35,172 nucleotides of DNA, from assembly GCA_016748015.1 (NCBI GenBank), contig JAAOMT010000262.1, positions 4,079 through 39,250 of the forward strand. Reading direction: 5' to 3'. The stretch comes from Geosiphon pyriformis uo1 (taxonomy: Eukaryota; Fungi; Glomeromycota). Under the pieces are notes generated by a model. It did no database searches, was not told the origin of the DNA, and was given only the letters and a program-made list of their open reading frames with translations. Positions 9,984-23,603 of this stretch are shown here, piece by piece; positions within the stretch are counted from its first letter, which is position 1, and each line of letters starts with the position of its first letter. The translations under genes and the position numbers were made by a program.

Positions 9984-12294
9984 GATAACAGAAATCTCAT
10001 CTCCTCTACCTCCACACTTCTGCAAAGTGAGTACCTTTTTTCATTGTTTTGTACCTGAATTTAATTGAAATTAAAATTGTTGTTTTTTCTTTCTAAATAT
10101 AATCAATGAAAACTCAGATTTAATGGACAAGGGGTTTAAGGAAACACCATACAAAGATGATCTCAGTGTCTTGAAGTGCTTTGTAAAACATCTTGACAAC
10201 TGTGCAGACGGGTGGAGAAGTGCTCAAGATTATAGATATGATGCGCCATATACTGTTCTCTTTCAAGGATCTGGGACTGGGAAGTCTAGAATTCTCCATC
10301 AGCTCGCTCAACATCGCTTTGTTTTATACTTATGCTTTCATGAAAATTTTAGTTTGGGAGTTCCACCCACAACAAAACATATTCGCGATTTCTTTCTTAA
10401 ACAGAAGAGAAATAACATGATTAATATAGTTGCATTTTTCTATAGTTGTATAGAATTTCTTGACGGAAAAAGCATTGAAGATTGGAACAATCAACTGCGA
10501 TCTGACAATTTTGAATACAATACTATAAACAACACTATATCATTAGTGAAATCCTGAGAAAAAAGCTTTACTAAGTTCAATTATTGGAGTCAAGTGGAAA
10601 AATTTTGTATAAAAAAAATTGCAGAAATTTGGAACAAGGTTGCGCTCCATTTATCAAAAACTGCCAAAACAAAGGCAAAACTTATATTCGCGTTTGATGA
10701 ATCACAGTCTTTGTTAGGGAGATTAACTGTAAGAAAAAGTACACCGTTTATCCAAACTCGCCGAGCTTTACGTTGTCTTTCTCTAGGAATTTTTGCCATA
10801 TTCGCCGACATCACTTCGAACCTTTCTGACTTTGTGCCATTAGTATCTCTGGATCCTCCTAAAGTTTTTGCTATATTCGCTAATACCATTCCAGACCTCC
10901 CTGGCTTTGGGTGATCAACAATTAGGAATCTCTCGGCTTGATTATGTGAACAAATTTTTAAACCTTTCCCATCATTTTATTTATGGCTACGTTTGATTTA
11001 TTTGCCAAAACAAACTCAAACTCAAATCAAATATTGAGCTTAAAAGAACTGTTTGCACTAGGACAATCTTTGTGGGGTGCGGTTTTGAACAGTGATGCCA
11101 AAATCAAAGAACTTTTGGAACTAGCAGAACAAAAACTCTTAGGCAGAGGTATAACCATTGATGATTGACTTAAAAATACACCTTTAGCTTCTGCTCTTGC
11201 TGTTTTGTCTTCTCATGTCTCACTTGATGTCACGGCTGAGTCTCGCATTGCTTTGGAACTAGGTTTCTGGATTCATGGGAATATGCGTTTATGTGTCAAA
11301 TGATCGACATCGACTATTGGCATTCTATCTGTCTGAACCGATACTTGCTGAGGCTGCAGCATCGCTTATGCGAGATGAAAAAGTGTTCAGAAAACTACTC
11401 GACTTTCTACTAAATACATTACACACTGCGTACGTAGAACCTGGCTATTGTGGAGAGTTGGTTGCTCATCTACTTTTAATGATCGCTTGGGACTATGCTA
11501 ATAGAAATAGAGAAATATTGTTATCATACTTGGAAAAATTAGGATATTCGAGGGAGTTTGTTTCATGGCCAATTAGAGTGAAAGAGTTTTTGATATCACT
11601 TTTTGGCCAAGAGAGCTATGACAATCGTATTCAAAATTTCCCTTAAAAGTTGGTTGATGGTTTACTTGCATTTACACACTTCATTCCACTTACTTACATC
11701 CCAAACCAGACACAATTGAGAACTTTCTTCATTCGCTTTGCAGCTGTCATATGTAAATGTGACCAAGCAGGGGTTGACTTGATACTTCCAGTTTTGTTGG
11801 ATTGGGATGGATCTAGTTCTATATCAGTTGATTCAATGTCTTACTTTCTAGTTCAAATCAAGAATTGGAATCAGTTTTTTGATGATGATTCTTCTGCATC
11901 AGTCACAAGTAGACTCTCAGAGAAATATGTCTTCAAAGATAGAATTATAGGGAAAATACTCAATCCTTACCTGTCTCTATATCTTCAGTTGAGTGCTCCA
12001 AATTCAGAATTGCAATCACTTCATTTCTACAGCTTGCCAAGTTTTAACACAAAACCAATAAAGAGGGCACAACTTGAAACATGTGGGAAACAATACTATC
12101 TATATGCACTTGGGTTAGATAAATCTGTATATCATTGTCTGTATAAATGGAGTAATGATGATATTGGTGTATTAAAATGGCTTTTGTGTGCATGGCCTGA
12201 TCTTGTGAATCTGGTCACACATTTAACTAGTGAGTTACAATTGCGATCAATAATGCCACTTGGTATGAAGAATAAAAAAATTCAATTTTTTTAA
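9984..12294 (+). pseudogene. Crinkler-type P-loop NTPase plus PD-(D/E)xK-like nuclease pseudogene, 5' part missing
   Basis: Exon 9984-10026 and intron 10027-10097 (gtgagt..cag) splice in frame. Walker A QGSGTGKS, Walker B FAFDES, then SEPILAEAA, GELVAHLLL..AWD, FTHFI and GVDLILPV...SYFLVQIKN. Stops at 10555, 10912, 11166 and 11644, plus two frameshifts. Confidence 0.75.
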
Positions 12295-12559
12295 TTAAAG
12301 AATATGACACCCATGTAACAAGTAGCACAGCTATACCCTAGCCTTTCAATGAAAATTGCACATATCGAGGTCTTTTTTTAATTGATTAGTGTTTAAATGA
12401 AGTCGAGTTAATTATTAGAATAGATTTTTTAGTAAACTAATCAAACTGAGAATCATATTCAATGAAATAATTTTTGTTCGAACCACTTTAGATCCTTAAA
12501 AACAAGTTTTTTGCTGACATTAAAATTAAAAAAAATTTCAAAGGTGAGATCTTTTTCTT

Positions 12560-13340
12560 TCTATACAGACAGCCAGAAAGCACACTTGCTTTCACTCCAT
12601 AGCAAACATAGGTCATTGTGAGAATGCTGTAGAGCCCTTTATTAATTTAACTATTAATGAGTTATTTATGTGTGTTTTTTTTGCATCCCTTTTGTCAAAT
12701 ATATTCTTGTCTAATAATCTAAACAAATTCTTTTAAATTTGGAGAAGTCTAAATTTATTCAACAATAACAGACTTTCTACTAGTTTCTTGTGCCTCAAGA
12801 ATTTTCTTATCAATCAGATATAATTATAAAATTAGAAATTTGATAAGAGTAATAGGATGCTTGCTTAGAGACATGATTATTTTAATCCAATCACTAATGG
12901 GTGATAAAATGGAGCTGTTAATAACCTTGAAAATGTGATTTTTCACTTTATCATAATTATTAAATTTAACAATTAATATGAGGGATATACATTTTATTCA
13001 TGATTATAGATGCCTTAAACTCTTGTGCAAGACAAGAGATCCCAAGAATATTAGAATTGCAAGAAAGTGAAAGTACTGAAACAAAGCTTATTGAAAAGAA
13101 TTGAATATGAAATTGTGTTGATATGCTTTGTCGTTTATAGAATTGGACTACATTTGAATCAAAAATATCTACTTTTAGTTTTCGTTTATCTTTATATTTA
13201 GACCTGCTCCAATTGAATCTAAGTAGTCTTTCACGAGTAAAAATTCCAACCCTAATCTTTACAATGTTCAAATAATTCCAACGTCTCAAATAATAAAACC
13301 CTTTGAAAGCTATAATTGATACATTAGGCTTTCCCCTAGT
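12560..13340 (-). pseudogene. Highly degraded class-3 lipase-like relic
   Basis: Fragments in the expected order but different frames: IIAFKG (cf. IVVRG), SRLLTAPFYHPL..WI (cf. PRLPP..YTH..ENWI), and a last-exon-like HND..C (cf. HNGPY..C). Confidence 0.35.
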
Positions 13341-15198
13341 AAAAAATTACTATTTGAGACAAAATTTATTATCAAGCCTAAATATATTCCATTAATAATG
13401 ATTCATTTTAATCGTGGTCTCTCAATAAATTTTTGCCTTCAATCAAAATTTTATAGGCTTTTTAAAATATCATAAATTGGAATATATTTAAAGATCATAA
13501 ATTCATCAAATTTATTTGTTAACAAAATCTATTTATTTTAGTGGATAATAAATGGTTAAATTGATTGCTTTACACAAAATAAATTAATTTAAAAAGAATT
13601 TTATTTACAACATTATAAAAAAATTTAAAAAGAATAATTGACAAAATTGATGTAGAACATGTTGACCCTTAATGTTTAAGAAATTTTATAAAAACTTTTT
13701 AAATACGACAAGATAGTTAATAAAATAATTAAGATTCCAATTTATATTCCTAAAATAATAAAATACATTATTAACAAAATTGCAGAAGAAGATTTATATA
13801 ATTTATAAAGTAATATAGATTTAATGAGCATAATAAAAAACATTATAGTAAAATGAAATATAAAAAAAATACAATAAATTTAAAAGAAATTGGAAAGTAA
13901 CAATATAATTTATGAATAAAATTTAAAAAACATTAAAGATGTAATCTAATTATTATTATTTGAATTTTCAATCTTAATTGATTTTATTTACATTATTAAA
14001 CTTACTTAACTATTTATTTTTTTCCTTTCTGCTAGCTAAATATTCAAGAGCTATCTTTTATACAAATAAATACTTGTCAACATTTATATTTTCCCAAAAA
14101 CACAAAATTTTGATGCCATTTCCCTAACATGGAAGCATATAGAAATATTATCATCAAAGCTTTATTCTATAATTAGTTAAAGAATTGCATTTTATATAAT
14201 TTATACATATATAAATAAAATCTTTTTTACTTAAAGATCTTAATCTAAAACCTCCATTGATTGTGGCAACAGATATTTTTATCCTTTTATTTATCCAAAG
14301 AAACTTTTTATCTTTTGGATATTTCTTGTTAACTCAAATTAATATCATTGTATAAAGTGATATATCAATATTAATTCAAAATTTTAAATTTATATTTTAG
14401 AGTTATTTAACAAAAACTTTTGAATTAATGTTCTATCACACGAAAATAAATAGGGAAGTTGTTTAAAGAAATATTCCTACGCTAAAATACTTGAGGAACC
14501 ATAAATAATCGTAATCTTAATCATAACACATATGTGAAAGTACGATTGTTCCATCTTGTTGGACCATATATATTTTTTAATCTTTGTAAATTCTTTCTAA
14601 ATCAATCGAGTATACTGTTTGATTCATTGATTTTGATAATGAATAAATTAAATAATCAAAAAATATTTTTACAAAGTTTTCTTAAGTTAAAGTTCCTAAT
14701 ATTTTATAATAAAAATTCAATAAAATTAATAATTTAGCAAAAATCATATATTATTATGATAAACTTGAAAATAACAATAATATAAAATTTCATGTATATT
14801 TTCAAATTATAAAATTCTCAAGAGATAAAATTAAAACAATAAATAACACTTATAAAAAACCAATTTTTACTCAATACGTTTGTCTCTTCATTTTATATAT
14901 CATTTATTTTTTGAGATATTTATCTTTGATTTTTAGCTCATTTATATTATTTTTGTATACAATTTAAGGTTTGATTTACATATATGCACATGGATTAAAG
15001 TAGTCAATTAATTAGAAGAAAATTTCCGAGATTGATAAACCAAATTAATCATAAAAATGGTAAATCTCATAAAAAGATTCTTATTGCGTTAAATAATTTT
15101 CTCTTCCTAAATTATTTTTTATGATGTTAAAGTCCTACAAGGTTTTATACAGCTATTAAATAATTCAAAACATTATTTTAAGAGGTTTAGTTATTAGA

Positions 15199-16552
15199 AT
15201 GGACTTAAAATCAACACTTTATACCAAAATATGGTTAGAAAGTCGTATATCTCAGTTCTACTTTATTATTTTTCTTTTTGTATTAAGATTTGTCTGGATA
15301 ATTATACCATGGACATGGAATTTCACTCAACATTCCGGCAATATTTCAGAATCAGCTCATTCAAAGCTTATTCTAGCAGGAAGTGATTCCCAAGAAAATT
15401 CTATGGCCCAACAAATGAAAGTTTTATCAGAGCCAAATTTAAAAAGCAAATATTTTTTTACCGAAACAAATATTTCATTACCATTAAATTTCTTGAATTT
15501 TAATAATGACAACAAGGGCAAAAAATATTCTTTCCTTAAAAGAAATTCAAAATTCCCTTATAAATATATAGAACAATTCACGTTTTTTGCTGGAGGTTCA
15601 TATTGTCTTAATCAAGTCAATGCTATTGGGCCAGGAATTTATGGTATTTTTATTTGAAAATTACCAAATATAATATTCAAAATAATTTTGTCCTAATAGA
15701 AAAATTTTGACCCTACTGCAGCAGGTTTTCTTATTGTTAATAACGCGATAATTATCGTAGTAAGAGGTGAACCATTAGGAAATGAGGAATACTGGAGAAC
15801 ACGGCAAAATATCTTGGTCCCTTATTCTCAGATTGATGGAGTAAAAATTGACCAAGAGTTTAAGATACGTTTTGAGAGCATAAAAAAGAAATTTGAAAGG
15901 TTTCATCATAGTCAACTTAGAAATGAAGCTATTGAATATGTTATTGGAATTGGACATGGTTCGGGTGGTGGTAAGAAGCTTATAAAATTTTTTACAATAA
16001 AATACATTGAATTTTTTTTATATCAATACTAAATCGATACTTGGAAATTTCAGTATATGTTTTGCTTGGAATGCTAGAATTAATAGCACTCAACATTAAA
16101 CAAAAATTAAATGTTTTTACTTATGGACAACCTCGTGTTGGCAATCGCCAATTTGCATATTATGTGAATTCACTTGTCAATAAGATTACAATTCATCGGA
16201 TCACTAATATGGATGATTATGTTCCAAGACTACCACCAAGGGTTTCCAAATCACTTTACACTCACACGCTTCTGGAAAATTGGATTGAAGATGATTGCTT
16301 ATGTACTACCCAAAAAGTATTTGCTTGTGCAGGATCAAAAATAAAAAATTTTTTCGAAGAGAGCCCGGTATTTATTTCTAATTGTTTCTCCCTAAAATTT
16401 AAAGAGTTATTTATTTTAATCATCTTCATCTTCATTTTTTATAGGAATGTAACAACCAATACACAACCAGTAATTATGCTGCGCATAATGGACCTTATGT
16501 TGGGATGATGATGCAATGTCCAACTCAAAATTTTCCATGGATGACTCTTTAG
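15199..16552 (+). CDS. Class-3 lipase-fold protein with an N-terminal hydrophobic segment; nucleophile Ser replaced (GHGSGG)
   Basis: Exons 15199-15643, 15722-15970, 16054-16367 and 16445-16552 joined by GT-AG introns in a continuous frame. Motifs SYC, IVVRG, GIGHGSGG, TYGQPRVGN, RITNMDDYVPRLPP, YTH..ENWI and HNGPY. Confidence 0.85.
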
Positions 16553-17679
16553 TATGAGAGTATTGTACAGTGTATGACTATAAAATTAACATAGTTTTTG
16601 GAAAATAATTTTTGGATTATTACAGAATCTTTTATAATTTGGTTAAAATAATTTGCAATGTGATTATTTTTCATTTTTGATACAAACAACATTTTTTAGA
16701 TAATCTAAGATACAAAATCAAAATTATTTTTTATTAACAAGTTATATGTGTAAAAATTATTATTATATAAATTATTTATCAATGGAATTTACTGTATTAA
16801 TATAAGTTTTGAATTGATTTAATTGACTAAAATTGAATCAAAAAAATATTAACTTTTAATTAAGTTTGTAGTTGAGGTTGAAAAATTTTCCAGAATTTTA
16901 TCACTGGACAGAATTTCTCTCAAAAACAAATTGAAAGAGTGTGTGGACGAAGTTTCTGATTCATTTTTTTATTTTTGCAAATTTTTAAAACAGAAACCAG
17001 GTGTACCTACTTTAATGCAGCGATTTTGTAGACCATATATCCTTCTTTTTACAATTCATATATTCAAGGGCCTATTTTTTGAGAAATTCCGAGGCTTTGA
17101 AATAAAAGAAGCTAATTAACAATGTTGAATAAGATGAAAAAAATTTAATTCATTCATATTTAGAGAAGTCTTTAAATGTTTACATTTATGTTTAGGTCCT
17201 TTCCTTTGCTGACTGATCCAGTCATAATTAACTGAACACAACAAAAATTTAAAATTTTCATTATTATTTTATTTAAATAGTAGCAAAAGAAATATTATTA
17301 GTTAGTTTAAAAAATATTTTATTTAATTTTAGCTGCCTACAATTTTTCAATGGCGAAATATTCGAATTTAGCCATTTTTTGTCTTCAGTTTCTTCTGTGA
17401 GCAACTATGTGTGGAAATTACGATGAGTTTATCAACCTCATAGTGTGAAAAACTTGTGATGAAGCCCTCAAGACAAAAATTCTTTTGAAAATCAATGTAA
17501 ATATTCCTTTTTGGATTAGCCAGGAAATTCTTACTTATATAAACTTATTCTTCTTCAAATCTGAATATGAAAGTACGGTTTTAGATTTACAACAGTTTTA
17601 ATTAATGAATTTCAAATTTCTTTCCATATGGAATTTATAAAATAATGTATCTTTATGCATATATTACTTTCAACATAAA

Positions 17680-18105
17680 CTTCCAGGGATTCATTAAAAG
17701 TGTCATAACAACAGTAAACTTTATCATTTCCATCGTTAACACGACAATTGCAACCTGATTCAATCCACATTTATAAAGGAGGGTGTAGAAATAAACTCCT
17801 TTGTTGAATAAGTGGTAGCTGTGTGTAACTCATTCATTAATTTCCAAATAAATTATGTAGATTGAGTATTCCAATTATGAGGTTGCCAAAAAGTGTGTAC
17901 AATATATTCTAATATCATATCGATATCTAGGGAAAAATCTAATTCAAAAACCTCCACACATTTCATCGAATACTATTCATAATACCAAATGAGAATTTTT
18001 TAGAATCTTCTAAAACTGGCTCGATTTTTCACATTAATCTTCACTCAAAAAGTTATAGGAAAATCTGCCTTAAAAGAAATCATGATGATTTGTTGGTCGT
18101 GACCT
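17680..18105 (-). pseudogene. Degraded class-3 lipase paralog
   Basis: Frame-broken fragments IIMISFKA, VHTFWQPHNWNTQST*FI and QLPLIQQRSLFLHPPL*MWIESGCNCRVNDGNDKVYCCYDTFNESL align with TYGQPRVGNRQFAYYV and RLPPRVSKSLYTHTLLENWIEDDCLC..KVFAC...EESP of the neighbouring gene. Confidence 0.7.
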
Positions 18106-20014
18106 TTGAAAATTAGTTCAGCTTTGACTAAAAAATAATGATTTTCAATGTTTTCCCCAATTAAACAAGTTTTTGTCAAAGAAAAAAGGAAATATATTTA
18201 AATTTACAAGAAAAAGCTTTTATCTTTTGATTCTGTAAAGCAATAAGTGGCTTTTTGAAAAATCATTCTCAAAATAATTGGAAATCTAGTTAAGAAAAAT
18301 TTATATATATCAAAGTGGAAAAGAATAAATAAATTGTCAAGGTAATGATGTAGTTTCAATATAAAAAATTTGTTCCATTTTTTAAAATATATATTCTAAA
18401 ATAACTCGAAGAGAAATATTGCTAAAACTGGATGGTAAAAGTTATTGATTCCTCGATAGCGTATTAGCTTTTTTGCTAAAAGACAATCGATAACTGTAAA
18501 CTGAGTTTCATATTTTATAAACATTTGATTGCATTTTTACCAACAATATTTTAATGAGATGAGGAAATCTGATTATTAGCCAACGAAAATATTTAGAGAC
18601 TGAAATAGTTAAATAATTACTTAATTACATAGTAGAATTATCATTTCAGTGAACCAAAAAATAGTCGAATTCAGCATAAATAAATGTCGATTACTCATTT
18701 AAACATAGATAAATTTACCTTCAAAAACATCAGAATAAAACAAAATGTTTTAAATTAGTGATCTTTTATCATTTCATTTGAAATCTATTTTTCCCTATGT
18801 TTATACCATAAAAGATTTTTTTGTTAATTTATTAAAAATATCTTCTTATTTTTTATTTGGTTATTATTTTAAGGTATATATACAGTATATGTTCTAAAAT
18901 TTATGGTTTTCTTATAAGTGAATTTTGATGATTGTAATTATTTTAGTCTAAAAAATATTGATTGAAATTTTCTAACTTGTTTTGTTGTAAGAATTCTAAA
19001 TTTTCTGATAATTTGTTTTTAGTTTCTTAATTAAAAAATTAATATATAGATGTATGTAAATGTTCAATTGTTACAAAGTTTAAAATATTCTGTGATTTTA
19101 TTATACATATAATTACACTTATGGCTTTTTACATAATAAGATAATAAATTAAATAACTAATAATTTAATAATCAATAAAAAATTAAATTGTTAATTATAA
19201 TAATATTAAGTTAATAACAAAAATTCAAAAATATTTTTATAATATTTTTAGTTTAGATTTCTATTGGTAAAAACGTAATTTTATGGTTTTTTGAGATCTC
19301 TTTTTATTTTTTAAAAATACCCAAGTTTTTTTTTGATATTTATTTTTTTAGGCCATTATCAAAACAAACTATTTTAAAAAAATTAAAGTAATTTTTTTTA
19401 ATATTTTATTTTTTTAAATTTAAAAAAAAACAAACAAAACAAACCAAAACAAAATAATAATAATAATAATAATAATTAGTTTTTAATTTAATTTACATTG
19501 ATTTATTAAGTTAATTATTAAATTTTAGTTTAAATAAAAATTTGAATTAGGTTTTTAACCAAAAAACAAATTATTAAGAAAATAAAAAAATTACATATTA
19601 AAAATATTTTTTTTAGAATTTAACTGTAGAAAAATTTGAATTAATTAACTTGGTACAATATATTTAATTTTAAGTTTATAATTTTTAAATGTTTAAATAA
19701 TATTTACTTGAAACTTATTAAACTTGAATAAATTAAATAATTTTTGTAATATTTAATATTAAATTATAAAAACAGATATATATATAAACAAAAACATATA
19801 TAAATTTAAATTAGATAAATATATAATTTTATTAATATATATATATTTTTTAACCAAATTTAAAACATAAGCATAAAGCAATTTTTTAATATAAAAAACT
19901 TTTTCATACTTTTATTAGACACAATAAAAACAAGAGTATAATCAAAATGATTAAATATTTTTACAAAAATAATTTTTTATTATTCTTTAATTATGATATC
20001 ATCTTTTTTAGTTG

Positions 20015-20015
<1 letters not shown>

Positions 20016-20060
<45 letters not shown>
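20016..20060. repeat. (ATT)n microsatellite
   Basis: About 15 perfect ATT units. Confidence 0.95.
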
Positions 20061-21267
20061 TCAATCTTATAACTATAACTTCAAATTATATTTATTATTA
20101 TTTTTATTTATTCGTTTTTTTTTAATTAATTATCTTTCTAATTAAATAATTATTTTAATTATTCTTTTAGTCAATTATTCATTTAGTAATTACTTTTTTT
20201 ATTATTTTTTCTTATTAATATTAAAAATTGCAATATTTTAACATAATTTTCATAGTATATTAGAATTTATTAATAATTATATATATTAATATTTTTTCTA
20301 TTAACAATTTCTTTTTTTTTATTTATTTATTTAATTAACACCAATTACCAAACTTCAATTTTTACATTTCTTAATCTTGTTTTCTCTTGTTTTAATTAAA
20401 ACTTTATTAGTTTATTTTAATAAAAAATTTTCCACCTTTTAACATATATCATAAATAAATGTTTTTATTATTATTGTAATATTAAAATCATGCATTTATA
20501 TTATTATTATAATAAAAACTAATTTTATTTTGGTATGTATAAAATTTTTTGATTGTATAAACAATTTTTTTAAATACTTGTCGGTTAGGATTATGAACCC
20601 AAATCTCGCTTAATTAATTTTGACAAATCTTTCATCTATCATATCCGGAATTGATTAACTAAATGATAAGCGAATTTAGGATTCACAAAAAATTCCAGCT
20701 TTTTTTTTCTTTTCTATCGGGAAAAAACAAGGTTTAGATATTAAGATTTTTTCTTTCCAACTATTTTATGGAAAGAATCTCATTGTGTTATATAATCATT
20801 TGCAAATGGTATTTACTTTTTGGGAACTATCGGAACAAACCTATCCCATTTTTAAAAAAGACTAATATTTGTGACCAGTGGCTTTAAATAACATGAACAT
20901 AAACAAAGACAAGTTAAAAGCAGGAATGACATAATTGTGTTCATATAATCAGCAGATAACCTCCTCACGGAATAGAACCCCTTGACCTAGTTTGAGAATT
21001 GTTCTCGTTGATCGTCACCTTCTATCATTATTTTTGACATTAAATAAATAAATAAATAAATTGTGTTATTGTTTGTAGTCGAAATTGCTGAAACTTGAGA
21101 AATAATCGGGAATCAAAACGAGCCTTCGATATTTACCCGTCGTGAATAAGAAAAAGCATCAAAAAAAAGGAAAATCTTGAAACAGATTTTTTTTCATTCT
21201 TATCAAAGCCTCTTGAACAAATTACTTGAATTTTGTTGACACTGATCGAATATCTTTGAGAAAAAAA

Positions 21268-22365
21268 ATGGTCAGGCAACTATTATCCACGACTAACCAG
21301 CCTACAACAAACTCAAATGTATTCTCTACAGTCTTTGATCATTGGAAGGATTATGATATCGATACCAGATGGAAGATTTGTGGAGTTCGGCTTCCACGAT
21401 TTCCACGGTTCAGATATCTTGGAATTTATGTCTCGGGTGGATTGGTATTTATTTATTTATTTTTTCTTTCCTTGATCTTTCAAAAAGATAGAATTTTAGG
21501 TTTTATTCAAATTTTAATACTCTAAATTTATGTTAATATATTGACATTTACACCTTTTAATTAAAAGTTCGCATTAGGATGGTGGGCTTTTATTGACGCC
21601 ATTATTTACGCTAAAATAACACAAATCTCACATTCAATAATTGTTCAAGACTGGATTAGTGGTGTGCTTAGCACTCTTGGAATGATAATGTAAGTCTTTT
21701 TTTATGAATATTTTTTTATTTTTTATATTTTTGGAAAAAAAAGTATCATATTTCAAATTTGCGGCTTAAAACATGATGATATAATCGATAGGAATTTTTG
21801 GTTTTCTCCATGTAATTCTAAATTCTATTCAGGACTATTTGAAAATTAATTAATGATATTTTTAGTGTAAATTCAATCAATAAAAAATGCCTTACGGAAA
21901 CAGTACATTTGTATTCGGGCTCTAACGTTAATCTCTGGAAAGCCAGACTAGCTCTATTTATGGGATTCGTTTTAATGGCGAGTGGTGTATGTTGGTCCGC
22001 GGTAAGAAAGATTTGTTCTTTTTATCAAAATTTGTGAATTTTAAATTTGAATTTTTTGTATTTTTATGATTAAATATCTCCTCAAAAATCGATATTTTTC
22101 CTAGACCAATTTTGTATTGAATTATCTACTCCCAAAAATGCCTATGCAAATTTGGTATTTTGGATTAACGATGCTGATTCAGAATTTGGCTATCATGCTA
22201 AGGTATGGATTTTTTTTTCATTTTGTTCCTTCGAAATTATAATCTATAGATATTGAAGAAAAAAAAATTGAAAATTTAATTCCATTCAAATCGTTTTCTA
22301 GTACGATCGTTTTGTGGTTATCGAGTACTATTGACAATAATTACAAGCCTGTTTATCTTTTATGA
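21268..22365 (+). CDS. VPS68: Vacuolar protein sorting 68 / UPF0220 (TMEM50) family membrane protein
   Basis: Exons 21268-21444, 21568-21689, 21866-22001, 22105-22202 and 22302-22365. Motifs GIYVSGGLFALGWWAFIDA, DWISGVLSTLGMIIVNSI, WKARLALFMGFVLMA and QNLAIMLSTIVLW. Confidence 0.9.
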
Positions 22366-23603
22366 GCTCGAGATGTGTTAAACGGGTGCTTCTATTAGAA
22401 ATTATCATTTAATATCTATTTATTCCATTATTTAATTATTTACATTAATCAATTATTATAAAAATTAATCTATAATCAAATCTCGTCATCGATCATAAGC
22501 AAAATGGAAGGAAGAAAGGAAGAAAGGAAGAAAAGATGGATTTTCTTTGTGATTATTTCTTAATGAATCCCTTTGCTTTTACACAAAAGAACGCTTGTCA
22601 AATATTCGATACAGATTCGTGAAATCTGAAATGAATTGAAAGAATAAGTTACAAACAAAGACTTTTTTCGTTAATAATATTCAAATTTCTTAGATTTCAA
22701 ATTAACAGGGGAACGCTTTTTATCGTTTGAATTGAGAATTGAAAACCAGAATTTGGGTAAATTAATTAATTAAAAAAATAGTTTAAACCACAGATAGATT
22801 AGTCTAATATTTTAGCTAAAAAATAGATATATATATATATATATATCTATTTATTTTTTTAATCAAAAATCGCTTTTATTTTTTTTTTCTAAAGGTATAT
22901 TACTTCAAAAAATAATTCATCAACCAAAAAAATATATTTTGATAAATGTATCTATAAAATCTAATGGAAATAAATTTAAAAATATATAAAAAAATGATAA
23001 AATTTTTATCATTGGATAATAATAAAATTTTTCTTTGATCCAAAAAGGCCTTTACAACCTTCTTATTTACATTTATATTACTCACATAACCGGTCTTTGG
23101 ATATAAAAAAAAACCATTTATAATAAAATGTTCAATAAGAAATTATCTTATAATTTTTATGTATAACAAAAGGTGCTCATCTTGTCGATATCATTTTTAT
23201 TTACCAATCATCTATAATGCTCTTTTGTCCTGATCGAAAAGAAATTCTAGTAATTACATGGGAATCTTATAAAAATGAATTTTTGCTTTGAAAAGATAAA
23301 AGTTCTTTGAGTCTTTTGAAAATTTTCAAGTTTAAGAATATTCAAATCAAAGGGTAACAATCTTTTTTGACGCGGCTAGCAAGTTTAAATCTATTGCTAA
23401 TTTTTTAATTATTTATCCATATCAAAATTATGAATGGGTTTTTCACTATTAAAAAACATTCGAATCTACATGATTTTCATTAACATTTTTGATATTACAT
23501 GTACTAAATATATATTCTAATAATCATACATTGGGATTTTCTAATTAAAGCCAAAAAATAAAGTTTCAAAATATTATTAAAGAAATAAAAAATAAAAAGT
23601 ATT

